A stretch of DNA of 64,000 nt from the human T2T-CHM13v2.0 reference genome, Homo sapiens, in assembly GCF_009914755.1 (NCBI RefSeq), contig NC_060925.1; one strand, given 5' to 3'. A model generated the notes under the pieces. That model saw nothing but the letters and a program-made list of their open reading frames with translations. It searched no databases and was not told where the DNA came from. Made by a program: the position numbers and the translations under genes. Below are positions 33,594 through 47,510 of this stretch, in pieces. Position 1 is the stretch's first letter, and each line of letters starts with the position of its first letter.

Positions 33594-34923
33594 GTTCCAC
33601 TTTTCATAGTTTTTTGGTTCCCCACTCCTATACACAGATACACACAGTTCAGGAGGTATTACCACTTGTTTGGCAAATACACCTCTGTTTTCACTGTATT
33701 CTTAGGGATTTTGTGTGTGTGATTGTGTGACATTATCTTTGCAGCTTTGTTTATTTGAGAACTGGATGATTTTTCTAATGCAAGAGTAGGGAAACAAGTC
33801 TCTTTGCTTAATTCTGGGGAAAGGAAAACCTCCTCAATAATCCATAACTTTTAAGGGCATCAGTAAAACATGCATTTATTGGCAGCTGTGTTGAACACCC
33901 TATTAGGTGATGGGTTTCTTTATCTGTAAAGATAATAGCAGCCCCCATCCCCTAAAGTATTTTAGGATTCAATGAAAAAACGTAGATAAATTGATTAATA
34001 CAGCACCCACATTGTAATTCAAGATTCAATAAATATAGGTTATCATTTCTGTACAGCTTTCCCCTTTCATGTCAATTCCTATTTGATACAAAAATTTCCC
34101 CAGCTGTGTTACTTTGCATTTTACTTAATCCTGAAATAAACTAAGGAACAGGTTACACTAGAGGGGGTACCTAAATCAACCTGAGGACAAGGACGGCCAA
34201 GGAGAAATTACAGGTGTTTGATATCCACCCCACTCCCCCAACCTTTAATGGCTTTTTTAAGTTTCTATAGGGTAGCAACTATTTTATGCATCTCAATATA
34301 GGATGGATGAAGGATATGAAAAACAGATGAATCTTATCTAGCACAATGCCTATTCCCACTATGGTCATTCTCAATAATCAGATTATTGGTCATAGATGGG
34401 AATTTAGAGATCATGCAGTACAAACTTATTTGTGTAAGTAAAAAAAAACGAAGCTCAGGGTCGATAAGTGACTTGCCCAACAGTGAAAGAGTCTTATCTG
34501 GAATCCAGGTATCTAGACCCACTCAGTCCATGAGTTCTCCCACGGGTTTACACGAACGCGCCACATTAATGAAGGCAAGGGACTGACAAACTACGAAGGC
34601 GTGTTTTTATCTACTCTGTCCCATCCTGTGTGTCAACCTTATTTATGTTATTTCAAGTTAGACATCACCTAAATACAGCCCACAGTTTACGAAATCTGTC
34701 AAAAGCATCGTAGAAACAGAAAGCGAAGGAGGACTATCGTATGAGTACCGCTGGAGGAGACGTAGAGTTGAGGGTACCAAGCGAAGGGAATTGCCTGTGG
34801 ACAGAGGAGACAAGTTCATACTCCGAAAAAATAGGAAAACGAGAAAGGCTACTGGGCCACATAATATCTTCTCTTCTTGCAGAGGGCCCCCAAAACAGCA
34901 ATACCTGGGGAGGAGATACCTAC

Positions 34924-34928
34924 GGCAT
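34924..34928 (-). CDS. ITGB3BP: ITGB3BP exon 1 coding part (ATG CC); 5'UTR extends to roughly 35.0-35.1 kb
   Basis: Minus strand reads ctcagaATGCC|GTAGGT and joins exon 2 as Met-Pro-Val-Lys-Arg. Confidence 0.92.
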
Positions 34929-35299
34929 TCTGAGATTCGGGAAAGCACCACTGCCGCTGAATAAAACGAACCCAGCAACTTCCGAAAACAGAAAATCCGC
35001 CAAAGGAAACGCCAAGGCATGAAAAGCACGCGCTGGACGTTGCGTCAAGCCCACCGCGGCCGGGCGGAAACATCCTCCCCGCGACGAAGGATCCGGGTGT
35101 GCGCGAGCAAAGGAGCGAGCGGGGAGTTCTAGGCCCAGGACAGCACCTATTTCCTGCTGGTGTAACAGAGCACCTTCTCTCACTACTCTGGCCATACCAC
35201 CCCCGCGATAGAGGAGCAACACAGCTGTCTCTGTGCGCTCCGGATCAGCGCTTCCTAGATTTCTAGCCGGATCGTTTGGAGAAGGGCTCTGCATCTTAT

Positions 35300-35429
35300 T
35301 TCCGGTGGCGGTGAGGTGCAGTTGCCATGGTGATTAGAGAAAGGCCGAGATCTGTCCAGCTGCGGTGAGAGGAACGCTGAATCGCCGAAGAGAATTGGCT
35401 GCGCTTCCTTGTTTGTGAGCTAGAATTAG
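35300..35429 (+). other. EFCAB7: EFCAB7 non-coding exon 1 (5' boundary approximate)
   Basis: Lies at the CpG-island edge and ends at donor TAG|GTAGCA (GT at 35430). The next exon carries the ATG. Confidence 0.7.
35321..35334 (+). promoter_or_regulatory. RFX X-box-like motif GTTGCCATGGTGAT
   Basis: 11/14 match to GTTGCCATGGCAAC with an intact GTTGCCATGG half, at the 5' end of a ciliary gene. Confidence 0.65.
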
Positions 35430-37367
35430 GTAGCAAACAGCTCGCTGTCTCTGTCTCTTCGCTCCCTCTGTCCCTCTCTGTGCAGCTGCTTCTCCTTCCT
35501 CTGCTTTGTCTACTTCTCTGTCATAAACATTTGGTCCATGTATGTACCTAAAATGTACATGTAAATGCGGTTTTATTTCCAGAGGAATACAAAAATAGAG
35601 AGATGGTGCCCGAGATTACCTGTGACGGTATTTCACTGTGTAGGGACGGTGACTGGACGGCTTTCTGTTTTCACTTGGCCCTGTAGAAGCCTTAGGCGCT
35701 TGTTAACAGTTTATTTTTCTTGCTATTGTGTGGCTGGTTATTTATGGAGCCGTTTGCTGCAATGTACTCTCTAGGCCCCTGTCTCAGTCTCGGGCCGGAG
35801 TTTTAAGTAAGGGAGGTTTCCAAGCCTGCGGGGGGTGCAATTATATGTTTATTTAAGCTTTAGTTTGGTTTCTCGTCACAGAAAGGAAAAGAATAAAATT
35901 CTGGCACATTTCTGCCTTGGGATTTCCATGTGAGGGAGTTGCCTTGTTTGGAAAGAATATTTGAGGACGATCCTAAAATATACTTATATTTTAAAATTGC
36001 TTATTGCAAAGTGAAATTCATTCTCCCTTACTTCTTGAAACAGTTTTCTTTCACATTTGTGAGGAGATGCATGCACACATATGTGTTTAGAACTCTGATG
36101 CTTAATTATAGTATTACCAATTTGCAGTAACCAGACTGTGACACCACATCCCTGTGGGGTCCTTCTAAATCTGGTGTAATATGAAAGTGTCAGGCAGGCG
36201 GCCTGCGTATTATAAATAGGGTACTTCATCCATGATAAGCAATTATTATCTTTCTTTCCCAAGTGTAAATGATCTATATAATTCGAAAAGGTGCAAGTGA
36301 TTTAGGCCTCCTGAGTAGGAATGCAATGAGTCCTGAAGGGGACCCTACCTGTGTCATCTTATTATTGAACTTGAAATATTCAATTTATTAGGTTGGAGAT
36401 CTATTTTTAGAAGTCAAAGCTGGGTAGAGTAATATTGGAAGCTGTTAGACCACCAGTAGAATCTAATACCCCATAGTAACCATTGTTCAGTACTATATCC
36501 ACATTAACAAAGAAGAAACTGTTCGTGAAATTTACGGCTTTTTGCCACTTACTGCTAGCTGGGTGACATTGCTACCCCTCAATTTCCTCATCTGTAAAAC
36601 GGACAAAAAAATACCTGACCGCTGTAATAGGGATAAGACAAGATGTATGACAGTTCTTTAAGCTCTTATGTACAGAGGTGCTATACAAACCCCAAATATT
36701 GTTATTAATAAAGGAACACAGTAAAACTATGATAATGCTATAAATAAGACTTTTAAAATATAGCTATTTGAAATGTGGGGCTGCATTATTGAGATGTTAA
36801 TGAAATGATCTTGTTGATCCTGCTGTGGAAGATGGGTGTCAACTACCACTCATATCCCGATTCTCATTATTCTGGAGTTTCTCATTATCTGCAGTTTATT
36901 TAGCACTTACTACGTGTCAAGCAATATTGTATATGCTTCACATGTATTAACTGATTTGCTCCTCTTAAAAACCTGATGAAGACTGTCATCTGACTTTCGT
37001 ATTTTGAGAGAATAGATGTGTGCTCTTCCTTTGTTCAGTGATTCTTCTCTTGTGTATATCTTTGTTCTTTTGGCTATTATCACATATTTGAACAATTATA
37101 TATATACATATGTATATATCTAAAATTAGAAATTAACTGCCAAAGGCTTATTCTTGTTTAATATATAATACGTCCATATACAACTATAGTATTCGTCTTT
37201 TACTTCCACATATAAAACTTTTAATATCTTGATCTTTTCATATATGTTATAAATTTTCTTCTACGTATAAAATCTTGATTCTCCTCCCTGTATTTGAAAG
37301 ACATGGTGACATTTGTGTTTTAGTGACTCACATTGACAAACACATTTTTAAATTATTTTCCAATAGA

Positions 37368-37554
37368 ATGGCGATCAGTCCACGAAGCGATGCAACTTTC
37401 TCCAGTCAGAAATCAACACCTTCAGAGAGTCCTCGAACAAAGAAATTTCCACTAACTGAAGAGGAAATATTTTATATGAATTGTAGAGCTGCCTACTTAA
37501 CTGTCTTCAAAAGCAGCTTGGAAAACATTATTTCTAAAGATCAACTTTACTTAG
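37368..37554 (+). CDS. EFCAB7: EFCAB7 exon 2 (start codon; MAISPRSDATFSSQKS...DQLYL)
   Basis: Acceptor ttttccaatAG|A ATG G, donor TAG|GTAAAT, 187 coding nt. Matches recalled EFCAB7 N-terminus. Confidence 0.96.
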
Positions 37555-38563
37555 GTAAATTTTTAAAATTTTTAAATCTTTCACCTTTTTGTTGAAAGTT
37601 AATAAATAGGTCCGAAAGACTGAAATTAGAATTACCTTGTTGAATCATCCCAGTTTCTTAGTGAAGCTTGAGCAATGGAACTACAGTAAGCTATTATGTC
37701 ATATCATATAGTTACATATTCTAGGAACTACAAAATAAAACTTTCAATGTTTATACAAACTAGATGGGTAATTGAAAGCTTCTATCAATTACTACTTGCT
37801 TAAGATACTTTTAATTCTCATTTTGGTGCTTTAAGATTTATCATAATAAAATTAAAACGCTTTTGGCCTCTTAAGTCACTAGCCTGAATTTGACCCATAC
37901 TGAGGAAAGTGTAAAGGATGTGTAAAAATGGGTGGAATGTCTGAAAAAGTGAAGTACTGAGAGATAAGTGAACTTTTAAAAGAGAATTGAGTTGGGGTTT
38001 TTTTATTTCTTATTTTTATTTTTTGTTTTGTCTTTTATTGCTTCTGTCCTTTATCACATTTAAAAATTCCTCTCATTACAAAGGTCCCCAAAACCACCAA
38101 ATTTGGTTCTTTCCAGGAGTATCAAATGATTTGGACATCTTTAGTCATGAGAGAGTAGTAAACAACAGTACTAGATAACACTGACTACTCATGTCAGTTT
38201 CATCAAGGCTAATAACTTTATGGGTAGAGAAACTGAGTTATTTTGCCAATTTTATAATGAATTTTCTTAAACCAAAACCCTGACATATTTGTGCAGCAGT
38301 GTCTTGAGTTTGTATCCAATAAGATCTATTTGAGGAAATGTATTTTGAGGAATACAAGAATTGACAAGATTAAAATTTATTTGATGTCTAAATAAAATAC
38401 ATTATTTGTAAAGTAGTTTAAATGCAAATGCACATGACTGACTTTTAAAGTCATGTTTAATTTTGATTTACATAATTTTAAAATTACTAAAATGCTCTAT
38501 TTTGAATTTTAAGTATTTGTGTTTAATTCATATACATTAAATGTTTAGGCAGACATCCAATAA

Positions 38564-38866
<303 letters not shown>

Positions 38867-39721
38867 TAAAATTACTTCTAATTTGCCATTATTTCTAAAA
38901 TAATCCGAGTTTTTTTTTGTTACTGTTTTGAAAATATACTAAGAGAAGGAATCTGCTAAGTTTAAAAGTTTAACATGCCTTCCACTACTATGGCATTTAG
39001 TTTGTGAATCAATGTGTATGTATTACTAAGGTGCTATCAATCTTATGAAATTATCTGGGAGGATAACTATACAGTGTTTGTCTCTTCAGTGTTATATACA
39101 CTTTTGGTTTTAGGGTGGAATACTCTCTTAACGTTGTAATAATTGATTTTAGATAAACTATTTTTTAAAAAGGAGTAACATGAACTAGAGCTGCTGCTTC
39201 TTGCTACACCTTTCATCTATATCCTTCTGCCACTTATGTGCATTTCCATTTTAAGGTCAGAGACAGCGGTAGCATTACTATAGCTTTAAGTTCCTTTTTT
39301 GTCAATTTATAAATAATACAGGCATTATAGATGCATGTCAGAACTTTAAAGTAAACCCTGGCAAAAGATCCATATCATGGTGTCAAAATTTAAATATCTA
39401 CAGCTACGTGATATTTTTACTATCATCAAACTTAATCATTAGATCCAGCTAATTCTAAACCTAGAGATTAAAGTTAGTAGGAAATAGATTGTATCAATTT
39501 CTTAGCTATGGGGACATCTGCTTACTGAGTACATGTTTTGGCATAATTAATTTTATTCTGAGAAAGTTGTTCTTGTCTAATTACCAGTACATTTTTTAAA
39601 ACAATATTTTCTTTGTTACTAAAGATAGCAGCAAGCATATGCTAAGCTACCACTTGTGAGAAAAAGTTACATACCTTTTTTCTCAAAACTGAACAGAAGA
39701 TATAATTTTCTTTCATGTGGA

Positions 39722-40510
39722 CTTCAAATGCTGGCAAGGATGTGGAGAAAAGGGAACCCTCTTACACTGTTGGTAGGAATGTATATTAGTACAACCACTG
39801 TGGAGAACAGTTTGGAGGCTTCTCAAAAAACTAAAAATACAGCTACCATAGGATCTAGCATCCTACTGCTTGGTATATATCCAAAAGGAAATCAGCATAT
39901 TGAAGAGATATCTGCACTCCCATGTTTACTGCAGCACTATTCACAATAGCCCAAATTTGGAAGCAACGTAAGAGTTCATCAATAGATGAATGGATAAAAA
40001 TAAAAAAAGTGGTACATATACACAGTGGAGTACCATTCAGCTATCATAAAAAAGAATGAGATCCTGTCATTTGCAATAACATGGATAGAACTGGAGGTCA
40101 TCATGTTAAGTGAAATAAGCCTGGCACAGAAAGGCAAACATCACACATTCTTTCTTATCTGTGGGAGCTAAAAATTAAAACAATTGAACTCATGGAGATA
40201 GAGAGTAAAATGATGGTTACCAGAGGCTGAGAAAGGTAGTGGGGGTAGGGGGAGAAAATAGAAAATAGAAAAATAGAAAGAATAAGACCTAGTATTTAGC
40301 TAGCACAACAGGGTGACACTAGTAAAAAAAATCATTTAAGTGTACATTTTAAAATAATTAGAGTATAATTGGATTGTTTGAAACAAAGGATAAATGCTTG
40401 AGGCAACAGATACCCTATTTACCCTGATGTAATTATTGCATACCTGTATCAAAAAATCTCATATTATACACCTACTATGTATCTCCAAAAATTAAAGATT
40501 TAAAAAAAAG
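39722..40510 (+). mobile_element. L1MA-type 3' end
   Basis: caaatgctggcaaggatgtggagaaaagggaacc..ggataaatgcttgagg.., A-rich end. Confidence 0.85.
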
Positions 40511-41228
40511 AACCTTAGAAAAAAGGCACTTTAGGCTTAACAATAAGGAAGAAATTTTGCAGGAAATTTTATATAATATTCATTGTCATAAAAATAATTT
40601 AGTAGTTGTGTAAATGTGTTCTGTATATGTACCATGATTCAGTTAACCACTCCTTGATTCTTTGAACATTGTTTCCTTTATTATTAGTAGCAGTAGTGTA
40701 GCAATATGATAAACATCTTTGCACACTAAGCCTTTTTAAAATAAAAATATTTTAGAGGCAAAAAAAAAATTACAACTTCATTTACATCTACTTGTATTCC
40801 CAGCTTTTAAAGGGTAGGAGCTGGCTGGGGTTGGAATCCTAAAACACATATTGCCATTTCTTTGATTCTGTAAACAGCTGAATTAAGGAATAGTTCATTT
40901 ACACACTAGGCAAAATACTTACTTACCTGTTGTTGCTAGGGCAGCATGGTAATCAGGGCTTTTGTCGACATCCAAAATAAAACTGTGGGAATAAAAACAT
41001 TTATATTATCTCCAATGCAATGAATTTCCACAAAGCCTTTATAGGTATATGGAAGATGGCGGTTACCACAACTACAACTTCTGTTAGCTCTGAAAGTCAC
41101 TGGCATAATCTAGAGGAGAAGAGAATTTTATTTATGGATTTTTAATATGTTATAACCCATGAGTTATGGCCATAGATAGCAATTTTACAGTCAGATGTAG
41201 ACTTCCTATTTAGATTATAAAATTTCTT

Positions 41229-41846
<618 letters not shown>

Positions 41847-42659
41847 TAAAATTTCTTTGGAACTAAAAAGTTTGTATTGATGAACAAAAATCACCCTATA
41901 CTATACTTGTGCACAATAATGTTCAATATAACTGACTCACTTATATCTGTATTTATTACCCTGATCTGGTTTCTATTTCCATGAGGATATTTCTTTAGTG
42001 AAATTGTTTTATACTTACTGGTCCTTATTACATTAAATTGTACAATATCCAGATTATCATTTTTTGATGCTGATTGGTGATGCGCAGATCTTGTGAATTT
42101 CTATAAAGATAGTTGGAACTATCCAATATAAGATTTTGTAATAGAATTTGGCAGTACAATTCAGGACAATTGTATCTTTTAAAATTATGTTAATTCCTTC
42201 TGTGGTGCTTAGGAAATTTATCATTGGTTCATTTTAGAAAATGTTATATTTCAGTATGCAGAGATTTATTTGCAAATTACCAAGTTACTTCTATTCAACT
42301 GTTCAAAATATCTGCAGTTGCTTTAACCATTTTATTTTAGAGTGATATGACATACATAAATATACAAAGCTTTTCTCACATGTACTTCTTTGCTCTTCAT
42401 AGATAGAAGGATATGGTTAAAAATGAAGAGTAGTTTGACCATAGCATCTCTATAATAATCTTCTCTCACAGTATATTGACATTCTTGATTTTTAGCAGGA
42501 CCATGCCTGCAAAGGGATACTTTATGTGCATATATTTGACATTTGGAACATGATTAATGTTTTTGAAAGCTTAGTACCTAGCAAAGATGAACATTTTAGA
42601 TATCGTGCCTTATTGACATTGGTATTCTTAAATGAATGATTTTCTCATTTCATTAAGAT

Positions 42660-43190
42660 ATTTGTTTTTTAAATTCACACATTGTATGTATTTATGGGGT
42701 ACAATTTGACATTTCAATACATTTATATGTTGTATAATGATCAAATCAAGGTAGTTAGTATATCCGTCGCTGCATGCATTTATCTTTTCTTTGTGGTGAG
42801 ACCATTCAAAAGCCTCTCTTCTAGCTGTTTTGTAATATACAGTACCTTAATGCTAACTATAGTCACCATACTGTGCAATAGAATAGCAGAACCTATTTCC
42901 CACTATCTGATTGTAACTTTGTACCCATTGACCAACCTCTCCCCATCCTCCCCTACCCCCAGAGTACTTAGATAGTACTTAAGTTCCCCTTCCCAGTCTC
43001 TGGTAACCACTGATCTATTCTCTACTTCTAGGATATTAACTTTTTTTTTAAGATTCCACACAAGTGAGATACGCTGTATTTGTCTTCAGCGTCTAGCTTA
43101 TTTCACTTAACATGTTGTCCTCCAGGTTCATCCATGTTGTTGCAGATGACAGGATTTCCTCCTTCTTTATGGCTGAATAGTCATTAAGGT
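42660..43190 (-). mobile_element. L1MA-type 3' fragment
   Basis: gtatttatggggtacaatttgac..ctccaggttcatccatgttgttgcagatgacaggatt. Confidence 0.8.
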
Positions 43191-43615
43191 ATTTATTTAG
43201 CCAGAAAAAGTACTAATTTATACTTTTTGTGTTATCCTTTTGTCCCCCAAACAATTAAGTGGATGGTTGTTTTTAATCTTGTATTTCCTTTAGAAGCTTT
43301 TAGAAGCTCTTAAGTAATCAGATATTGTTAGTTATTTAAACCATGTAGGTTGAGAACCAAACTGTCAGAATAAGGAAAATCTATTTAATTCTGGTATTAA
43401 TAATTAAAGAATGTTTAGGTGGTGGCATAAATATTTTTGTTTTTCAAAGTCAGGCCTATCTTGGTATCACTAGATAAGTCAACACCAAAGTAATGTACTG
43501 GTATATGTATAGTGTTTTGTAAATATCATAATACATAATGATTTGAAGAAAAAAATGCGCTTAAGTACAAATTCCAGGTGTTACAATCACAAATAATACT
43601 TGTCTTGTTGGGCAG

Positions 43616-43827
43616 CTCTTCAGCATGCAGGAAGAAATCCATCCCAAAAGACCATTAATAAGTATTGGACTCCTCAAACTGCCAAACTGAATTTTGATGA
43701 TTTTTGTATAATTTTAAGGAAGGAAAAACCTACTTCAAAAGCAGAACTACTAAAATCATTTAAGCAATTAGATGTAAATGATGATGGCTGTATTTTACAC
43801 ACTGACCTTTATAAATTTCTAACAAAG
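43616..43827 (+). CDS. EFCAB7: EFCAB7 exon 3 (ALQHAGRNPSQK...EF-hand loop DVNDDGCILHTD...FLTK)
   Basis: gcAG|CT acceptor, AAG|GTAAGA donor, 212 nt; cumulative 399 nt in frame. Confidence 0.96.
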
Positions 43828-44465
43828 GTAAGATCTGTAAAACTGTTTTGTAATGTGCATATTTTCTAAAACAGCTTGGAATCTAGCTTTGACTACCAAA
43901 GTCCACATTAAAAATAAGTATTTCATTGAGAGGTTAAATGAATTACTTACATGTTATTTATAACGTACTTAGGAATCCTTCTGGATGAAATGTTCTTTGT
44001 AAATAAAAGATAAAGTATAAAATCGAGCTTATGTTACCATCCCCTTGTTCTCCTATTTAATTGGTTCCTGTTCAGAACTCTTTGAAAATCAGTGATAGTT
44101 CCATATGTGATAAGTAAAAGGAAAACCAAATATAAATGGGATTAGGAATCCATTCTGTTTTTTGATACAATGTTAGAAAATATCATTCCCCTAAACTCAA
44201 TAGCAGTTATAACTGACTCTATACTATTCAATTGTTAGTTACTATTTAGTAAACTGAAATTCAGCACACTTTCACAAAATTTAATAAAATTGTGAAATTT
44301 ATATAGCCGCCTCATTCTTTCTTTATATATAATACTCATGATTTATAATGAAGCAATACATTCAGACTTACTTGTGGAAAAGATTAAAATGTGCTTCCAC
44401 TGTCCCCATGAATAACAAAGGAGTAATCATGTTGCTTTAAAATAAATCTTGTTTTTTTTTTTCAG

Positions 44466-44552
44466 AGAGGTGAGAAGATGACTCGAGAAGAAGTAAATGC
44501 CATAATAAATTTGGCTGATGTAAATGCTGATGGCAAATTTGACTACATCAAG
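44466..44552 (+). CDS. EFCAB7: EFCAB7 exon 4 (RGEKMTREEVNAIINLADVNADGKFDYIK, EF-hand)
   Basis: Poly-T cAG acceptor, AAG|GTACAT donor, 87 nt, calmodulin-like helix-loop. Confidence 0.96.
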
Positions 44553-45249
44553 GTACATAAGCTCACATTGATGTAAATTTACATACTGTGTTGGAAAAGT
44601 GTTTTTATTTTTCCCCAGCTTTATTAAGGTATAATTGACATTACAGTGTACATGCAATGTTTTGATATATGTATACATTGTGAAACAATTAAATCAGTTA
44701 ACATGTCAACTAATTAACATGTCAGCAAATTATTTTTAAAGGGATGCATCTTTTTAATATTGGCAATGACATCCTTAAATATTGTGCATGAAATTTAATT
44801 TTTCCAGTCCCATAATTGCAATCTGATGACTACATTAAAATAATATAACCAAGTTAAAAAACATGTGTGCTCACACACACGGACAGATACACACATAAAC
44901 ATAGAGACTCTACTCAGAAATGTACTTTTTCTGGGGTGGAAGAATCATAAAAATTATTTTGAACAAATGCAAGCCTACACATCTTGTAAAAAAATAATAA
45001 TAAATCACCTCTCCTTGTGTAACATTTTATTTTCACACAGAGTATGAACTCCTCATTGAATCACGGCTACATTTCACTAGGTCACTTGAGGCTGGTCAAT
45101 CTGATTCAAAAAAATAAAATGCGTAACCATCAATAGGAAATATATTCCATCTATCAGTCTGTTCCTTGCCTACTAATGTGCATTTGCTTTCTCCTCTTCC
45201 CCAGTGTATGATTGAATGTTTTACCCACTGGACTTTTTTTTTCCTGTAG

Positions 45250-45445
45250 TTTTGTAAATTATATATGACAACCAACGAGCAATGTCTCAAGACTACACTA
45301 GAAAAACTAGAGGTTGACAGTAAATTGATGCGTCACCAGTTTGGAAACCACATCGAAGGGTCCCCTGAAAGGGACCCATCACCAGTACCAAAACCATCAC
45401 CTAAAATCACAAGAAAAACTGATCCAGAAACATTCTTAAATAAAG
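45250..45445 (+). CDS. EFCAB7: EFCAB7 exon 5 (FCKLYMTTNEQCLK...ETFLNK)
   Basis: tttcctgtAG acceptor, AAG|GTATTT donor, 196 nt; overlaps ORF 45265..45459. Confidence 0.96.
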
Positions 45446-45890
45446 GTATTTACTTTTAACACTAAGAATTTCTTGATCAGAAATGAAGAGTCATATTCAG
45501 ATAAATTTTTCCTTCCATTTCAGCTTATCAGTGATAAAACAAATGAGAATCTAACTTTTGTTAGCTACTATTTCTAGACTCTTTCAGCTGTAAAAATCTA
45601 TTGAAGTAAAATTTTATTATGGAACTTGACTTAGCTATGCTCATTATATTTTATTAAAACTAAAATTTCAGACTGAAAGGTGACATATTGAAATAAGAAT
45701 TCTTATTAGAAGCCCATAAATTAGGGATCATTAAAGCCTGATAAATATAAAACTTCTGACTTTATTTCAATAGGGAGAACAAAGAGAATCAAAGTAATAC
45801 AGTAGATCTTTTATACTGCACTGTGTTTGGAAAAAACTCCTATTGACAACTTTTCATAATGTCAGACCAAATAATCATTACTTGTTGCAG

Positions 45891-46012
45891 GTGACACCAG
45901 GAGTTCTTTACTGTCAGCAACCAGGAAGTTCAAAACATCTGTTTCCTTCACAGTTACCATGGGGGCTAATGGTAACCGAAACTCAAAGTTAATGGAGCCA
46001 AATTTAATAAAG
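45891..46012 (+). CDS. EFCAB7: EFCAB7 exon 6 (GDTRSSLLSATRK...EPNLIK)
   Basis: ttgttgcAG acceptor, AAG|GTATAG donor, 122 nt; cumulative 804 nt in frame. Confidence 0.95.
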
Positions 46013-47299
46013 GTATAGTATTTTAAGTTAACAGATGACTTTTTCTGAAAAAAATTTGACATTAAGTTTATTAATAACTGTGCAGTGTCTACAGGGAACC
46101 AGTAAAGTTTATGAAGTAATTTGAGGTTTTTCTGTGTAATTTCTACCTGTAAGCTAGTGTAATACTTTTAAATTAAAAATGATGAATATTATTATAAGGT
46201 CTTCAGTTTGAAAATGGTAACACTCAAGTTTTATAACCTGATGAGTAGATTATCAAGTTATATACTTTGGGAAGCAAATTTTTTGTTTTGTTTAACAAAT
46301 ATTCACCATAGGTGTTTCATATAAATAAATCATTCATTCAATTTCAATTCCTGTGAGAGAATGACAACAAAGTCACTTTGCTAAGTCAATATTTGTAGAG
46401 TGTTAATATTGATCTTCTTTCTTTGTTTTCCCTTTCTAGACTCAACCTTTACTAGTTTTCTTTCAACAGAAAATAATAGTTACAGAAATATAAAACATTA
46501 ACTGGAAACTGCTAGGATACATTAAAAATGTGCACCTAGAGACCTCTGTAAAAGGGGAAAAAATGGTTATGACCACATACTATAACTGCTGTTAGAAAAC
46601 TGAACTGATTGCTCTCAAGAGCCACATTTTTGTTTCAAATAACAACTCTGTATTTGTTATTGAACTCTGAAGTCCCTTATATCTTTAAATTGCTAGAGAG
46701 TGACATTTGTTCTATATTAAAATTTTAAAACATTATCTCCAAGGAATTTTGTTCAGACTGTTTAGGAATCTATACACCCTAAGCAATTTGGTGTGCATGT
46801 CCAACATGTTCATACACAATATTTAGTGTTCCAACAATATTACTTTCCACCAATGGAACCTTTTTGTATTTTGCAACTAAATTAATTATTAATAAAATTA
46901 ACTTAGTTAAATAATTATGGTTTACCTGATTCAAAAGCACAAATAAATGTAATTTTAGCCACTGTAAAGAGAGATATAAATAAATATTAATGTGGATTAT
47001 GTTAAGTTATAGTAAGACTTTGTCTCTGTGTCATTAGTTGGGCTCATACCAATATAATTTTTAAAATTTAGTTCAATTCAACAAATATTCACTAAGCATG
47101 TAATGTGTGCCAGTTATTTTGCTTAGTGTAAAATATGAGCTTGAATTTAAAAATATAAATTTTCATTTGACTATTAACAGTATACCAAGGACTACCTTGG
47201 TATATGCTACACTATAGCATAGTATTTATTCATTCATTTATTCAACAAATATTTATTGAATGACTACTGTGTGCCAGTGTTCTAGATGTTGATTAGATT

Positions 47300-47510
47300 A
47301 GTGATCTAGAGTTTTGGGTAGAGATCTACCTGGGCTTGAATCTTAGCTTTATCACTTAATAACTGTGTGATCTTGGGTGAATTTGTCAGCAGCCCTTCAG
47401 AGTTTCAGTTTTCTTACCTATAAATAGGGAGTAATTATATTTAGTGTGCTTTGGAAAGATTTAAATCGTATGTAAACATATGTAAAGCATTTAGCACAAT
47501 GCCAAGGACA
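47300..47510 (+). mobile_element. MIR (further MIR cores at ~7220-7340 and ~36520-36690)
   Basis: acctgggcttgaatcttagc..cagttttcttacctataaataggg..gtaaagcatttagcacaatgcc. Confidence 0.7.

Larger units (their letters stand above)
34900..35450. promoter_or_regulatory. CpG-island bidirectional promoter shared by ITGB3BP and EFCAB7
   Basis: Most CpG-dense segment of the window, between divergent first exons. ETS motifs ACTTCCG (34978-34984) and ATTTCCGGT (35298-35306), CRE-like TGCGTCA (35041-35047), GGGCGG box, no TATA. Confidence 0.88.

Noticed and set aside
37275-37367. Upstream extension of EFCAB7 from ORF 37275..37595
   Set aside because: Non-ATG start in intronic sequence upstream of the acceptor at 37366.
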